From an uncultured Actinomycetota bacterium (GTDB taxonomy: Bacteria > Actinomycetota > Acidimicrobiia > Acidimicrobiales > Bog-793), in contig CAVWVO010000001.1 of the NCBI GenBank assembly GCA_963758515.1, forward strand, positions 201,511-265,510: a stretch of 64,000 nucleotides of DNA. Direction: 5' to 3'. Below are positions 9,738 to 19,350 of this stretch, in pieces (position 1 is the stretch's first letter; each line of letters starts with the position of its first letter). The notes beneath the pieces are model-generated. The model did not search any database, was not told where the DNA came from, and worked only from the letters and a program-made list of their open reading frames with translations. The translations under genes and the position numbers were made by a program.

Positions 9738-11028
9738 CTATCGGGCTCGGTGCGCCCGCACCGCGACCGACTCGGCGTGGGCGAAGAGCCCTTCGGCCTC
9801 GGCGATCGCCGTCAGGTGCGGCGCTGCAAGGCTGAGGCCGGCGGCGTCGGTGGAGATGACATGGACGCGGCGGAGGAAGTCGTCGACGCCGAGGGCGCTC
9901 GCGAACCGTGCGGACCGGAACGTTGGCAGCACGTGGGAGGGTCCGGCCATGTAGTCGCCGAGTGACGCCGGCGACCACGGCCCGACGAACACCGCGCCTG
10001 CGTTGCGGACGGATGGCACGAGGGCATCGGCCCCGGCACAGCACAGCTCCAGATGCTCAGGTGCGACCTGGTTCGCCACCGCGAGCGCCTCGGCGCTCCC
10101 GTCCACGAGGACGGCGTAGCCACCGCGGGCGAGCGTGGAAGCGATCTCCTCCCGGCGGGGGGCGCCGCTCGACGAAGCGCCCGACGGCGGCGTTGATCGC
10201 CTCGAGGGCCGACGGCGACCAGGTCACGAGCCACGCGAGGCCGTCAGGGCCGTGTTCGGCCTGCACGACGAGGTCGATGGCGGCGCACTCGGGCGGGACA
10301 GTCTCGTCGGCGACGACGACGACCTCGGACGGGCCGGCGAAGGCCGCCGGCACCCCGACAGCGCCCCGTACCTCCTGCTTCGCGATCGACACCCACCGGC
10401 TGCCGGCGCCGACGATCACGTCGACCGCCCGGATCGACTCCGTCCCGTAGGCGACGGCGGCGATCGCCTGTGCTCCTCCGATGCGGTAGATCTCGTCCAC
10501 GCCGGCGACGGCGGCGGCCGCGAGCACCTCGTCGGAGATCCGCCCGTCTCGGCCGGGCGGCACACAGAGAACCACCTCGCTCACGCCGGCAACCTTTGCC
10601 GGGATGGCGGTCATGAGGACCGACGACGGGTAGCGAGCCCGTCCGCCCGGCACGTAGGCAGCCGCCCGCTCGACGGGGAGCTCGAGCAGCTCGACACGGA
10701 CGCCGCCCCGCTCGAAGGGGGCGAGGGGGGCCGGACGGCGGCGGTGGAACGCCTCGATGCGCTCGCCCGCCTCGGTGAGCGCCTCGAGGAACACCGGATC
10801 GAGTCGGCTGCGGGCGGCGTCGGCTTCGGCCAGAGGGACGCGCAGCTCGCCGATCTCAGCCTGATCGAACCGGGAAGTGAAGGCGCGAACAACCCCGTCC
10901 CCGCCCGCCCGTACGGCGGCGATGATCTCGCGGACCGAGGCGACGGCGTCTCCGCCGCCGAGGTCGGGCCGGGGGAGCAGCGGCATCTGCCCGGGGGCGT
11001 GCCCCCGGAGGTCGAGCACCCGCAGCAT
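9738..11028 (-). CDS. hisD: Histidinol dehydrogenase; one frame break in G6 run 10157-10162
   Basis: Track ORF 10057..11292 from MLRVLDLRG (ATG 11028): ...AAYVPGGRARYPSSVLMTAIPAKVAGV...IYRIGGAQAIAAVAYGT...QAEHGPD. It continues in track ORF 9738..10106 (...SLGDYMAGPSHVLPT...). Removing one C restores ERRPRREEIASTLARGGYAVLVDGSAE. Confidence 0.85.
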
Positions 11029-11107
11029 CGTCGCCGAAGCGTAACCGAGCCCCGTCTCGGCGCCCGAGCCGAGCCGGCACGGGACACCGGTCCGGCAGAA
11101 TCGGCCC

Positions 11108-11299
11108 ATGCAGACCGATATCGCAGAGCTGTCGTCGATCGCCTCCTCGATCGAGCAGCTGACCGGCCGCCTGTCCTCCATCGCAGAACGTGCCAACGCC
11201 CTTAAGGAGGAGAGAGTGGCGACCGAGTTGTTCGCCGTGGAGCGTGCGCTCCAGGGGGCGGGGCGGAGGCTGTCGCGTCTTATCATCGCCACGAGCTAG
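11108..11299 (+). CDS. Hypothetical small helical protein (63 aa)
   Basis: Track ORF MQTDIAELSSIASSIEQLTGRLSSIAERANALKEERVATELFAVERALQGAGRRLSRLIIATS. Composition is not Arg/Pro-skewed, third positions are GC-rich, and it is divergent from hisD. No family recognised. Confidence 0.35.
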   Translation: MQTDIAELSSIASSIEQLTGRLSSIAERANALKEERVATELFAVERALQGAGRRLSRLIIATS

Positions 11300-11371
11300 G
11301 CGGGCGCCGAACCGCACTCGGGTGCGGACGGCCGGCTGGCGGCTGCGCGCACGCAAATGTGTCCGGACGCG

Positions 11372-11399
11372 CCGACGGCGCCCCGAAGGGCGCCGTCGG
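11372..11399. terminator. Perfect 12-bp stem / 4-nt loop hairpin between convergent genes (no U tract)
   Basis: ccgacggcgccc cgaa gggcgccgtcgg lies between the 11108..11299 ORF and the 3' end of nth. Confidence 0.4.
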
Positions 11400-11519
11400 G
11401 AGCGGGTCGGGCGGCGGATCCCAAACTCCGCTCATATGGAACCAGGTGGCGGGAACCGGTTCCGCCGAACACGTTAGCAGCGCTGAGCGCATGCATGCGT
11501 GGCAAATGGGCCAGAATCT

Positions 11520-12308
11520 TCAATTCGCCTTTCGCTTGGCTGGCGCTCTGGTGGGCGCACGCTTCGCCGGCGGTCCTCCGGGCGGCCGTGGCGCCGGGTC
11601 TGGGGGCGGCCGGCGCGGCCGAGGCTTGGCCGGGCGCGACTGGCTCAGCGACCCGAGGCCTGCTGAGGGACAAAGTGGGGCGAGGCTGCAATCGAAGCAG
11701 CGAGGCTTACGGGCCGCGCAGACCCGCCTGCCGTGGAGTATCAGCCGGACGCTGAGTGCCCCCCAATCGTCCTCGGGGTAGAGGGCGCACAGGTCAGCCT
11801 CCACTTTTACAGGATCTGTCGAGCTCGTGAGCCCAAGGCGGTGGCTCACCCGCAGAACATGGGTGTCGACGGGAAGGCCTGGCAGCCCGAGGGCAACGGA
11901 GCGGACGACATTGGCCGTCTTGCGCCCTACGCCGGGGAGCGCCGTGAGCTCGCTCATCTCGGTCGGGAACCGGCGCGGGTGCGACTCGACGAGGACACCG
12001 GCCATCCCGATCAGGTGAGCCGTCTTGGACCTGAAGAAACCGGTCGGGCGGATGAGCATCTCCACCTCGCCCGGGTCGGCCGCCGCGAGCGCCCTTTGGT
12101 CCGGGAAGCGGGCGAAGAGCGCCGGCGTGACGAGGTTCACCCGCTCGTCGGTGCACTGGGCAGAGAGAATCGTGGCGACGAGCAGCTGGAACGGCCCCCG
12201 GTGATCGAGGGCACACAGCTCCTCGGCCGTGCCGGGGTACTCCTCGGCGAGGAGCGTGCCCACGGCCGCGGCACGTTGCGCCAGTGCGCGTCGTGACAGC
12301 CGGGCCAC
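11520..12308 (-). CDS. nth: Endonuclease III
   Basis: ...LVATILSAQCTDERVN...LPGVGRKTANVV (HhH-GPD)...VDTHVLRV...4Fe-4S cluster loop CAARKPRCFDCSLAPLC; basic Pro-rich tail. Confidence 0.9.
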   Translation of the reverse strand: MARLSRRALAQRAAAVGTLLAEEYPGTAEELCALDHRGPFQLLVATILSAQCTDERVNLVTPALFARFPDQRALAAADPGEVEMLIRPTGFFRSKTAHLIGMAGVLVESHPRRFPTEMSELTALPGVGRKTANVVRSVALGLPGLPVDTHVLRVSHRLGLTSSTDPVKVEADLCALYPEDDWGALSVRLILHGRRVCAARKPRCFDCSLAPLCPSAGLGSLSQSRPAKPRPRRPPPDPAPRPPGGPPAKRAPTRAPAKRKAN

Positions 12309-12347
12309 GGCGGCAGCGTAGCGACGACCCCCGAGTAGCCTTCAGCG

Positions 12348-13262
12348 GTGCACGAGGTCGAGGTCAAGCGCCGGATGGGCGAGGAGGAGATCGCCGCCCT
12401 CACCCGCCTCGTCGAGGCGGCCTCGGCTGCGGATGGCCACCGGGCCCTCGGTGAGCACCAGTGGCTCGACCTCGTCCAAGGGGGCCGCGAGGGCTTCGCC
12501 GGCTTTGTGGCGAGAGAGAACGGCCGTCGCCGGGTGATCGGCTACGCGCAGGTGAGCCGCGGTAGTGAGAGAAGCTGGGCGATCGAGTACGTCATCCACC
12601 CCGACTGGCGGAAGGAGGCGGGCCTGCGAACAGACCTCGTGAGCGCCGCCCTGTCTGAGATCGCCACCTCCGGTGGCGGCCATGTCCACCTGTGGGTGCC
12701 GAAGCCGACGGAGGTGGACGACGAGGTGGCGGTGGCGGTCGGGCTGAAACGGGGACGTGATCTGCTCCAGATGCGCCGGCCGCTGCCCTTCGACGGCGAG
12801 AGATCCTCGATCACGGTGCGGCCCTTCCGGCCCGGTGAAGACGAGGAGCGGTGGCTCGAGGTCAACAATCGCGCCTTTCGGTCGCATCCCGAGCAGGGCT
12901 CGTGGGATCTCGGCACAATCGCCGAACGGGAGTCACAACCGTGGTTCGACCCCGACGGCTTCCTCCTCCACGAGATCGACGGCGAGCTCGCCGGCTTCTG
13001 CTGGACGAAGATCCAGGAGGAGGAGGGCGAGATGATGGGCGAGATCTACGTGATTGCCGTCAGCCCTGACTTCCAGGGCCGCGGTCTCGGCAAGCAGCTC
13101 GTCATCGCCGGGCTCGAGTATCTCGGGAAGGTCTCCATGTCGACGGCGATGCTCTACGTGGACCGGGACAACCGCGAGGCGCGCGGCCTCTACTTCAGCC
13201 TCGGGTTCTCCGACGACCATGTCGACCGGGCCTACACCGCTGACATCGCCCCGGGCACATGA
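12348..13262 (+). CDS. mshD: Mycothiol synthase (mycothiol acetyltransferase, tandem GNAT)
   Basis: DLLQMRRPL...VNNRAFRSHPEQGSWDLGTIAERESQPWFDPDGFLL...FCWTKI...GEIYVIAVSPDFQGRGLGKQL...LYVDRDNREARGLYFSLGF matches M. tuberculosis MshD as I remember it. Confidence 0.8.
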   Translation: MHEVEVKRRMGEEEIAALTRLVEAASAADGHRALGEHQWLDLVQGGREGFAGFVARENGRRRVIGYAQVSRGSERSWAIEYVIHPDWRKEAGLRTDLVSAALSEIATSGGGHVHLWVPKPTEVDDEVAVAVGLKRGRDLLQMRRPLPFDGERSSITVRPFRPGEDEERWLEVNNRAFRSHPEQGSWDLGTIAERESQPWFDPDGFLLHEIDGELAGFCWTKIQEEEGEMMGEIYVIAVSPDFQGRGLGKQLVIAGLEYLGKVSMSTAMLYVDRDNREARGLYFSLGFSDDHVDRAYTADIAPGT

Positions 13263-14384
13263 GCCGATACGACCTCTCCCGCCCGCAGCTCGCCGATCTC
13301 CTCGCGGACGAGCCGCCCTACCGGGTCGACCAGCTGTGGGACGGCCTCCACCGGCGCCTCGCGGAACCGACCGAGCTGAGCGACCTTCCGGCGCCACTGA
13401 GGGTCCGGCTGGCGCACGAGCCTCTGCTCGTGCCCGCTTTCGAGGTGGTGGACGAGGTGCGAGCTGACAAGGGGGCCACCGTCAAGTGGGTGCTCGCGGC
13501 GGGCGACGGCACCCGGGTCGAGACCGTCCTCATGCGGTACCGCGACCGGCTGACGGCCTGCGTGTCGAGTCAGGCAGGCTGCGCGATGGGATGCGGGTTC
13601 TGCGCCACCGGTCAGGCGGGCTTCAACCGCCAGCTCTCGTCCGGCGAGATAGTCGAGCAGGTTGTGAGAGCCGCCAGGTTCGGCACCCGGCAAGGCTGGG
13701 GCCGGCTCGCCAACATCGTCTTCATGGGAATGGGCGAACCGCTTGCGAATTACCGCAACGTCCGGAGCGCCATCGGCCGCTGCAACGACGACCTCGGGAT
13801 CGGGGCGCGGTCGATGACGCTCTCGACGGTCGGGATCGTGCCGGGCATAAGAAGGCTGGCGGCGGACCCTGTGCAGCTCAACCTGGCCGTCTCGCTCCAT
13901 GCCGCTAACGACGGGCTCCGTGACGAGCTCGTTCCGATCAACAAGAGGTACCCGCTCGCAGCGCTCCTCGAGGCGTGCGAGGAATACGTCGCCGTCACCC
14001 GGCGGCGGCTCTCGTTCGAATGGGCACTGATCGCCGGAGTGAACGACAGGCCCTCCGATGCCGCCGAGCTCGCCGAGCTGGCACGTCCCCTCCGCGCCCA
14101 TGTGAACCTCATACCGCTCAACCCGACTCCCGGCTTCCTTGTCGCCGGGAGCGCTCGAAGTGTCGTCGCCCGCTTCCGGGACACCCTCGTCGCCTCGGGC
14201 GTGAACGCGAACAGTGCGCAACACCCGTGGCCGCGACATCTCCGGCGCATGCGGCCAGCTCGCCGGCGCCGTCCCCGCCTGCCGGAAGCGGGGAACTGAT
14301 CCCGCGCCGGCCGCTGCAAGCAAGGTCAGGCTTGGTCGCCTACCTGGCGAGGCGGACATGGCGACGACGGCGCGGCTCGCGTAG
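13259..14384 (+). CDS. rlmN: Radical-SAM 23S rRNA/tRNA adenine-C2 methyltransferase; frame break near 14210
   Basis: ...CVSSQAGCAMGCGFCATGQ (CxxxCxxC)...MGMGEPLAN...NLIPLNP. The track ORF ends at 14299 with GVNANSAQHPW. Dropping one A gives the conserved GVNATVRNTRGRDISGACGQL and a stop at 14382-14384. Confidence 0.85.
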
Positions 14385-14394
14385 CTTCTCGGCG

Positions 14395-14854
14395 ATGGGC
14401 ACCCACTTCGACCGGATCGAGGACATGAAGGCGAAGGTCGGCGAGCACCTCGGCTTCAGCGACTGGCACGACATAACCCAGGAGCAGGTCGACCTTTTCG
14501 CCGACGCCACCGGCGACCACCAGTGGATCCATGTCGATCCGGAGCGCGCCCAGCCGCGAGAGCCCTTTCGGCGGCCCGATCGCCCACGGGTACCTGACAC
14601 TGTCCCTCGGCCCGGTCCTGCTCGCCGAGGTCACGAGCGTCAGCGGCGTCTCGATGGCGATCAACTACGGCTGCAACAAGGTGCGCTTCCCGGCCCCTGT
14701 TCCTGTCGGCAGCCGGATGCGCCTCGGGGCGAGGCTCGACTCGCTCGAGGAGCTCGCCGGATCTGCTCAGGCCGTGATGACCCTCACCTTCGAGGTGGAA
14801 GGCCAGTCGAAGCCGTCATGTGTGGCCGAAGCGGTCTTCCGCTACTACCAATGA
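14395..14854 (+). CDS. MaoC-like (R)-specific hydratase/dehydratase; frame break near 14553
   Basis: MGTHFDRIEDMKAKVGEHLGFSDWHDITQEQVDLFADATGDHQWIHVDPERAQ (in track ORF 13975..14877), then SPFGGPIAHGYLTLSLGPVLL...NYGCNKVRFPAPV (track ORF 14531..14854). Confidence 0.75.
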
Positions 14855-15089
14855 CTTCCGTCGCGAGCTGCGCGTGACGTCGCCCTTGATCATCTCGTCG
14901 AGGGTGCCGTCGCAGGCGGCGCGAACCGCCTGCTCGCCGCCTCCATCCTCCATCTCGGCCGCCACAGCGTGGCGGAGGCGAAGAGGCATCTGCTTGCCGC
15001 CGGAGTCGTGGTGAGACCAGCGGGCAGCTGAGGCGGCGGCCTCGATTGCTGAAGGTCGAGCAGGCCGCCCGCGGTACCGTTGGCCTGTC

Positions 15090-15479
15090 ATGGCGAACGA
15101 AGAGGCAAACTCCGGGCGGGACCCGAGATCTCCGGCGGCGGTCCGCCTCGGGCCACCCACGGTCAGCGGCAAGCAGCCGGTGACGATGTTGAACGACCGG
15201 GTGCTCGTGCGCATGCCCCAGGCCGAGGGTGAGCGCCGGTCGCGCCTCGGCATCCTCATCCCGGCGACGGCCGAAGTGGCAAAGCGCCTCTCGTGGGCCG
15301 AGGTGGCGGCCGCCGGCCCGCACGTGCGCACGGTCCGGCCCGGCGACATCGTGCTTTTCAACCAGGAAGAATCCTTCGAGGTAGACGTGGGCGGGGAGGA
15401 GTACCTGATCCTGCGGGAACGGGACGTGCACGCTGTCGCGTCGGAGCGGATCGACGGCGGGACCGGGCTCTACCTTTGA
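15090..15479 (+). CDS. GroES-like (Cpn10-fold) co-chaperone family protein
   Basis: MLNDRVLVRMPQAEGERRSRLGILIPATAEVAKRLSWAEVAAAGPHVRTVRPGDIVLFNQEESFEVDVGGEEYLILRERDVHAV is the actinobacterial GroES-paralogue pattern. The start could also be ATG 15186. Confidence 0.65.
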   Translation: MANEEANSGRDPRSPAAVRLGPPTVSGKQPVTMLNDRVLVRMPQAEGERRSRLGILIPATAEVAKRLSWAEVAAAGPHVRTVRPGDIVLFNQEESFEVDVGGEEYLILRERDVHAVASERIDGGTGLYL

Positions 15480-15676
15480 GCCGGCTCGAAGCCGCAGGGG
15501 ACGGCCGGATCGGCGCCGGTGACGGCGAGGGGGAGAGCTCCGCCGGCCGCCGGCACGTGCGCCAGGGTCGCTTTGACTGCGACGATGACGCCGTGCTCGT
15601 GCTCGTCGAACAGGAGGGCGGCGGCGCCTGCCACGCCGGCGCGTGGACCTGCTTCCACCGGGCGCTCGGGGGCTGA
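15474..15676 (+). pseudogene. hisI: Phosphoribosyl-AMP cyclohydrolase C-terminal remnant (~65 codons)
   Basis: Tail of track ORF 15293..15676: GESSAGRRHVRQGRFDCDDDAVLVLVEQEGGGACHAGAWTCFHRAL, compared with M. tuberculosis HisI ...[41 protein letters not shown] (from memory). The N-terminal half is absent because the GroES-like gene occupies that space. Confidence 0.5.
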
Positions 15677-15690
15677 GGGGGTGCCCGGCG

Positions 15691-15780
15691 CAAGGACATG
15701 GCCGGCGCCGGGGCGAGCCGGCACCAAGGACATGGCCGGCGCCGCGGGCCGAGCCGGCACCAAGGACATGGCCGGCGCCG
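15691..15780 (+). repeat. Tandem direct repeat, units of 34 and 36 nt plus a 20-nt partial copy, each containing ATG
   Basis: caaggacatggccggcgccg starts at 15691, 15725 and 15761. The ATGs are at 15698 (out of frame), 15732 and 15768 (both in the trpE frame). Confidence 0.8.
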
Positions 15781-17345
15781 ACGGCGGCCGGATCCGGCCC
15801 GCCGTCTCGCCGACGCCGGCAGCCTTTGCCGAGCTCGCCGCCCGCCATCGCGTCGTCCCGGTCTGGGCCGAGCTGGTCGCCGACACCGTCACGCCCGTCG
15901 GGGCGTTCAGGTCGGTCGTCGGAGACGGCGACGGGTTCCTGCTCGAGAGCGTCGAACAGGGGGAACGGTGGAGCCGCTTCTCCTTCCTCGGCCGCTCGCC
16001 GGTGGCGACCCTCGTCGCCCGGGGACGCTCGGTAGCCGTCGAGTCCGGCGAGCTCGCCGTCGCCACCCCCCTCGACGAGGGGATCCTGGCGGCGATCGAG
16101 GGCATCCTCGCCGAGCTGCGCTCACCGACGCTCGAGGACCTCCCGCCCCTTCATGGCGGCCTCGTCGGCTACCTCGGCTATGACGTCGTGCGAGAGGTGG
16201 AGCGGCTCGGCTCTCCCCCGAAGGACGACCTCGGCCTTCCCGACGCCGTCATCTCGGTCATCGGCGAGCTGGCCGCGTTCGACCACTGGCGCCAGCGGGT
16301 CACGCTCATCGACAACGTCATCGTCCCTCTCGCCCCGGACGGGAGAGCAGATGTCGGTGCGGCCGTCGAGAGGTACGGCCTCGCCTCGGGCAGGCTCGAG
16401 CAGTTGCGGAACGATCTCGAAAGGCCTGCCGGCGAGCTCCTCGTGCCTCCGCCGGCCCGCTCGGAACGTCCGCCCGAGGGGGACGTGAGGCGGGTGACGT
16501 CCTCTCACGACTATCAGCTCGCGGTGGAGGCGGCAAAGGAGTACATACGAGCCGGGGAGGCGTTCCAGATAGTCCTCTCACAGCGCTTCGACCTCGAGAT
16601 CGGCTGTGAGCCCTTCGACATCTACCGGGTGCTCAGGCAGGTGAACCCGAGCCCGTACATGTTCTTCCTCCGCCAGGGCGGCGTCACCGTCGTCGGTGCC
16701 TCCCCCGAGCCTCTCGTCCGGTTGCTCGGCCGGCGGGTCATCTCGAGGCCCATCGCCGGGACGAGGCGCAGGGGCGAGACCGAGGAGGAGGACCTGAGGC
16801 TCGAGGCGGAGCTGGCAGAGCACCCGAAGGAGCTCGCCGAGCACGTCATGCTGGTCGACCTGGCCCGGAACGACGTCGGGCGCGTCGTCAGTTTCGGAAG
16901 CGAGCACATCGGGGAGCTGATGACCGTCGAGCGGTACAGCCATGTGATGCACCTGACGTCTCAGGTCTCGGGTGAGCTCGAGGAGGGCAAGGGGCCGATA
17001 GACGTGCTGCGAGCGACGCTGCCGGCCGGGACGGTCTCTGGAGCACCGAAGGTACGGGCGATGCAGATCATCGACGAGCTCGAGACGACCAAGCGCGGCC
17101 CTTATGCCGGAGTGGTCGGCTACATCGACTTCTCGGGCAATCTCGACACCGCCATCGCCATCCGGACGCTCGTGGCGACACCGGACGGGCATGGGTCGGT
17201 ACAGGCCGGTGCCGGCATCGTCGCCGACAGCGACCCGCAGGCCGAGGACGAGGAATGCGCTGCCAAGGCGGCCGCGATGCTCGCCGCAGTGGCCGGGGCG
17301 CGGAAGCTGTCGGCTGCCGAGAGTGTTGACAGAGGCGATGGCTGA
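15768..17345 (+). CDS. trpE: Anthranilate synthase component I
   Basis: ...FAELAARHRVVPVWAEL...FLLESVE...NPSPYMFFL...IAGTRRRG...EHVMLVDLARNDVGRV...GAPKVRAMQIIDELE...RGPYAGVVGY...AGAGIVADSDP. The alternative in-frame start 15732 lies within the repeat. Confidence 0.9.
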   Translation: MAGADGGRIRPAVSPTPAAFAELAARHRVVPVWAELVADTVTPVGAFRSVVGDGDGFLLESVEQGERWSRFSFLGRSPVATLVARGRSVAVESGELAVATPLDEGILAAIEGILAELRSPTLEDLPPLHGGLVGYLGYDVVREVERLGSPPKDDLGLPDAVISVIGELAAFDHWRQRVTLIDNVIVPLAPDGRADVGAAVERYGLASGRLEQLRNDLERPAGELLVPPPARSERPPEGDVRRVTSSHDYQLAVEAAKEYIRAGEAFQIVLSQRFDLEIGCEPFDIYRVLRQVNPSPYMFFLRQGGVTVVGASPEPLVRLLGRRVISRPIAGTRRRGETEEEDLRLEAELAEHPKELAEHVMLVDLARNDVGRVVSFGSEHIGELMTVERYSHVMHLTSQVSGELEEGKGPIDVLRATLPAGTVSGAPKVRAMQIIDELETTKRGPYAGVVGYIDFSGNLDTAIAIRTLVATPDGHGSVQAGAGIVADSDPQAEDEECAAKAAAMLAAVAGARKLSAAESVDRGDG

Positions 17346-18376
17346 TAATTCTGTCGAGGCGGCCTACAGGGCGATCCGCCACCAGGTCGCCTGGCGGCGT
17401 GGTGGAGAGGGATGCCGTCGTCGTCGAGGGCGCCGACGCGACGGACTGGCTGCAGGGCCAGCTGTCGCAGGATCTCGCCAAGCTGGAGGAGACGGGAGCG
17501 AGCGCCGAGACTCTCGTGCTGTCGCCGCAGGGAAGAATCGACTCCTACTGCCGGGTGACGAAGCTGGCGGACGACCCGCCGCGGTACCTCCTCGACCTGA
17601 AGGCCGGAGCCGGCAAGGCCCTTCACGAGCGTCTCCGGCGCTTCAGGCTGCGGGTGAAAGCCTCCGTCGAGGTGTTCGACGGCCTTCACGTCCTCGAGCA
17701 GAGGGGCCCGGCGAGTAAAGCGATCGCTCAAGGAGGAGAGGAGGCTGTCGAGATGGCGGCCGCGCTCGGGAGCGTCGCTGACATCGCCGTCTCCTGGCCC
17801 GGCTTCGAAGGGAGGGACTGGTTGTTCGCGGGGGACCCGTCGCGGATCCCGTCGCTTGCGGCCGCTCTCGGTCTTGACGAGGGCGGCGGAGGCGGTGCGG
17901 GCGTCGACGAGGCATTCGAGGCTGCCCGGATCGAGGCGGGAGTGCCCGAGCTCGGGCGCGAGCTGACAGAGCGGACCATCCCGCAGGAGGCGGGGGAGCT
18001 CGTGGCGCGAGCCGTCAGCTTCACAAAGGGCTGCTACACCGGCCAGGAGCTGGTAGCTCGCATCGACGCCCGCGGCTCGAACACTCCGAGGCGTCTGCGC
18101 GGCCTCGTCCTTGCCGGCGGGCCGGCGACGGGTGCTGCCGGAGTGAGTGGCTCGCCGATAACTAAGGATGGTCAGCAGGTAGGCGAAGTGACCAGCTCTG
18201 CCTGGTCGCCTGGGCTGGGGAAGGTCGTCGCACTGGCATACCTGAAGCGCGGGGTGGACGTCCCGTCCGAGGTGACGGTCGAGATCGGCGCGGGGAACGG
18301 CGGTGAACAGGAGGCGGCAGCGGGCGAGGTGCGGGAGCTGCCGATCTGCAGCCGGCCCGAAGTGGAGGCCTCCTGA
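17338..18376 (+). CDS. ygfZ: YgfZ/GcvT-like folate-binding protein; frame break near 17395-17399
   Basis: ATG 17338 (ATGgcTGA overlap with the trpE stop) gives MADNSVEAAYRAIRHQVAW, then one frame over VVERDAVVVEGADATDWLQGQLSQDL...SFTKGCYTGQELVARI (KGCYxGQE motif) = track ORF 17399..18376. Confidence 0.75.
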
Positions 18377-19290
18377 TGGCTGCCGTCCTGCTGGCGCTGG
18401 CGGCTGCGCTCTGCAATGCCCTCGCGACGGTCTTCGAGAGGCTCGGCGTCGAGACCGCGCCGGCGGGCGCCGAGATGCGATTAAGCCTCATCACCCACGT
18501 GCTGCGTCGCCCGGTGTGGTTCCTCGGCTTTGCCAGCATGATCGGTGCCTTCATGTTCCAGGTGGCGGCGCTCAGCCAGGGCGGCCTCACCCTGGTCCAG
18601 CCGCTTCTCGTCTCCGAGCTCATCTTCCTCGTGGCGATACTCCGCATCTGGTTCGGGCGCCCGCTCGGCTGGCGGGAGGCGGCCGGTGTCAGCCTGACCG
18701 TCATCGGCCTCGCCACGTTCCTCGTGGTGAGCAACCAGGGCGGCGGCAACAAGCTGCCGTCATCACTCGGTTGGATCCTCGTCATAGCCGCTTCGGCGGG
18801 CGGGGTGGTGCTGTCGGTCTTCATGGCCCGGTTCGGGTCACGTCCTTGGCGCTCGGCCTGGTACGGCGCGGGAGCTGCCGTCTCCTTCGCCCTCGTGGCG
18901 GCGTTCATGAAGTCGACGACGACGCTCGAGGCGAGGGTGGGTTTCACACACCTCTTCACCCACTTCGAGCCGTACGGGATCGCCGTCGGTGGCCTTTGCG
19001 GCCTGTTCCTCACGCAGAACGCCTTTCACGCCGGTCCGATCACGGCCTCGCAGGCGGCCCTTCTCATCGTCGACCCGATCGCGAGCATCGTGATCGGTGT
19101 CGGCCTCTTCGGGGACAACCTCCGGGGATCGCTCGGCGCCCTCGCGACGGATGCCTTCGCTCTCGCCGTCATGTCGGCCGGCCTGTTCATCCTTTGCCAC
19201 TCGCCCCTCATCGTGAACACGAAAGCCGAGGACCGCCTCTCGCGCCGGCGAGACGTCGGGCGGCCCTCGGAGGCGCCCAGCACGTCGTAG
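18376..19290 (+). CDS. DMT-superfamily (EamA/NIPA-like) integral membrane protein
   Basis: Track ORF of 304 aa with ~9-10 hydrophobic segments. Its start overlaps the ygfZ stop. Confidence 0.6.
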   Translation: MAAVLLALAAALCNALATVFERLGVETAPAGAEMRLSLITHVLRRPVWFLGFASMIGAFMFQVAALSQGGLTLVQPLLVSELIFLVAILRIWFGRPLGWREAAGVSLTVIGLATFLVVSNQGGGNKLPSSLGWILVIAASAGGVVLSVFMARFGSRPWRSAWYGAGAAVSFALVAAFMKSTTTLEARVGFTHLFTHFEPYGIAVGGLCGLFLTQNAFHAGPITASQAALLIVDPIASIVIGVGLFGDNLRGSLGALATDAFALAVMSAGLFILCHSPLIVNTKAEDRLSRRRDVGRPSEAPSTS

Positions 19291-19350
19291 CGCTGCGCCT
19301 CACGTGCCGGCGTCTCTCGGTGCGGGATCCGATAAGTAGGCTCCCCCAAC

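Noticed and set aside
15480-15767. Looked for a trp attenuator or leader peptide with tandem Trp codons upstream of trpE.
   Set aside because: The only open frame there is the hisI remnant, with a single Trp codon. No terminator/antiterminator hairpin pair or U tract was seen.
15691-15780. Considered whether the 34/36-nt direct repeats could be a mini CRISPR array.
   Set aside because: The copies are directly adjacent with no spacers. They overlap the trpE start codon and no cas genes are nearby.
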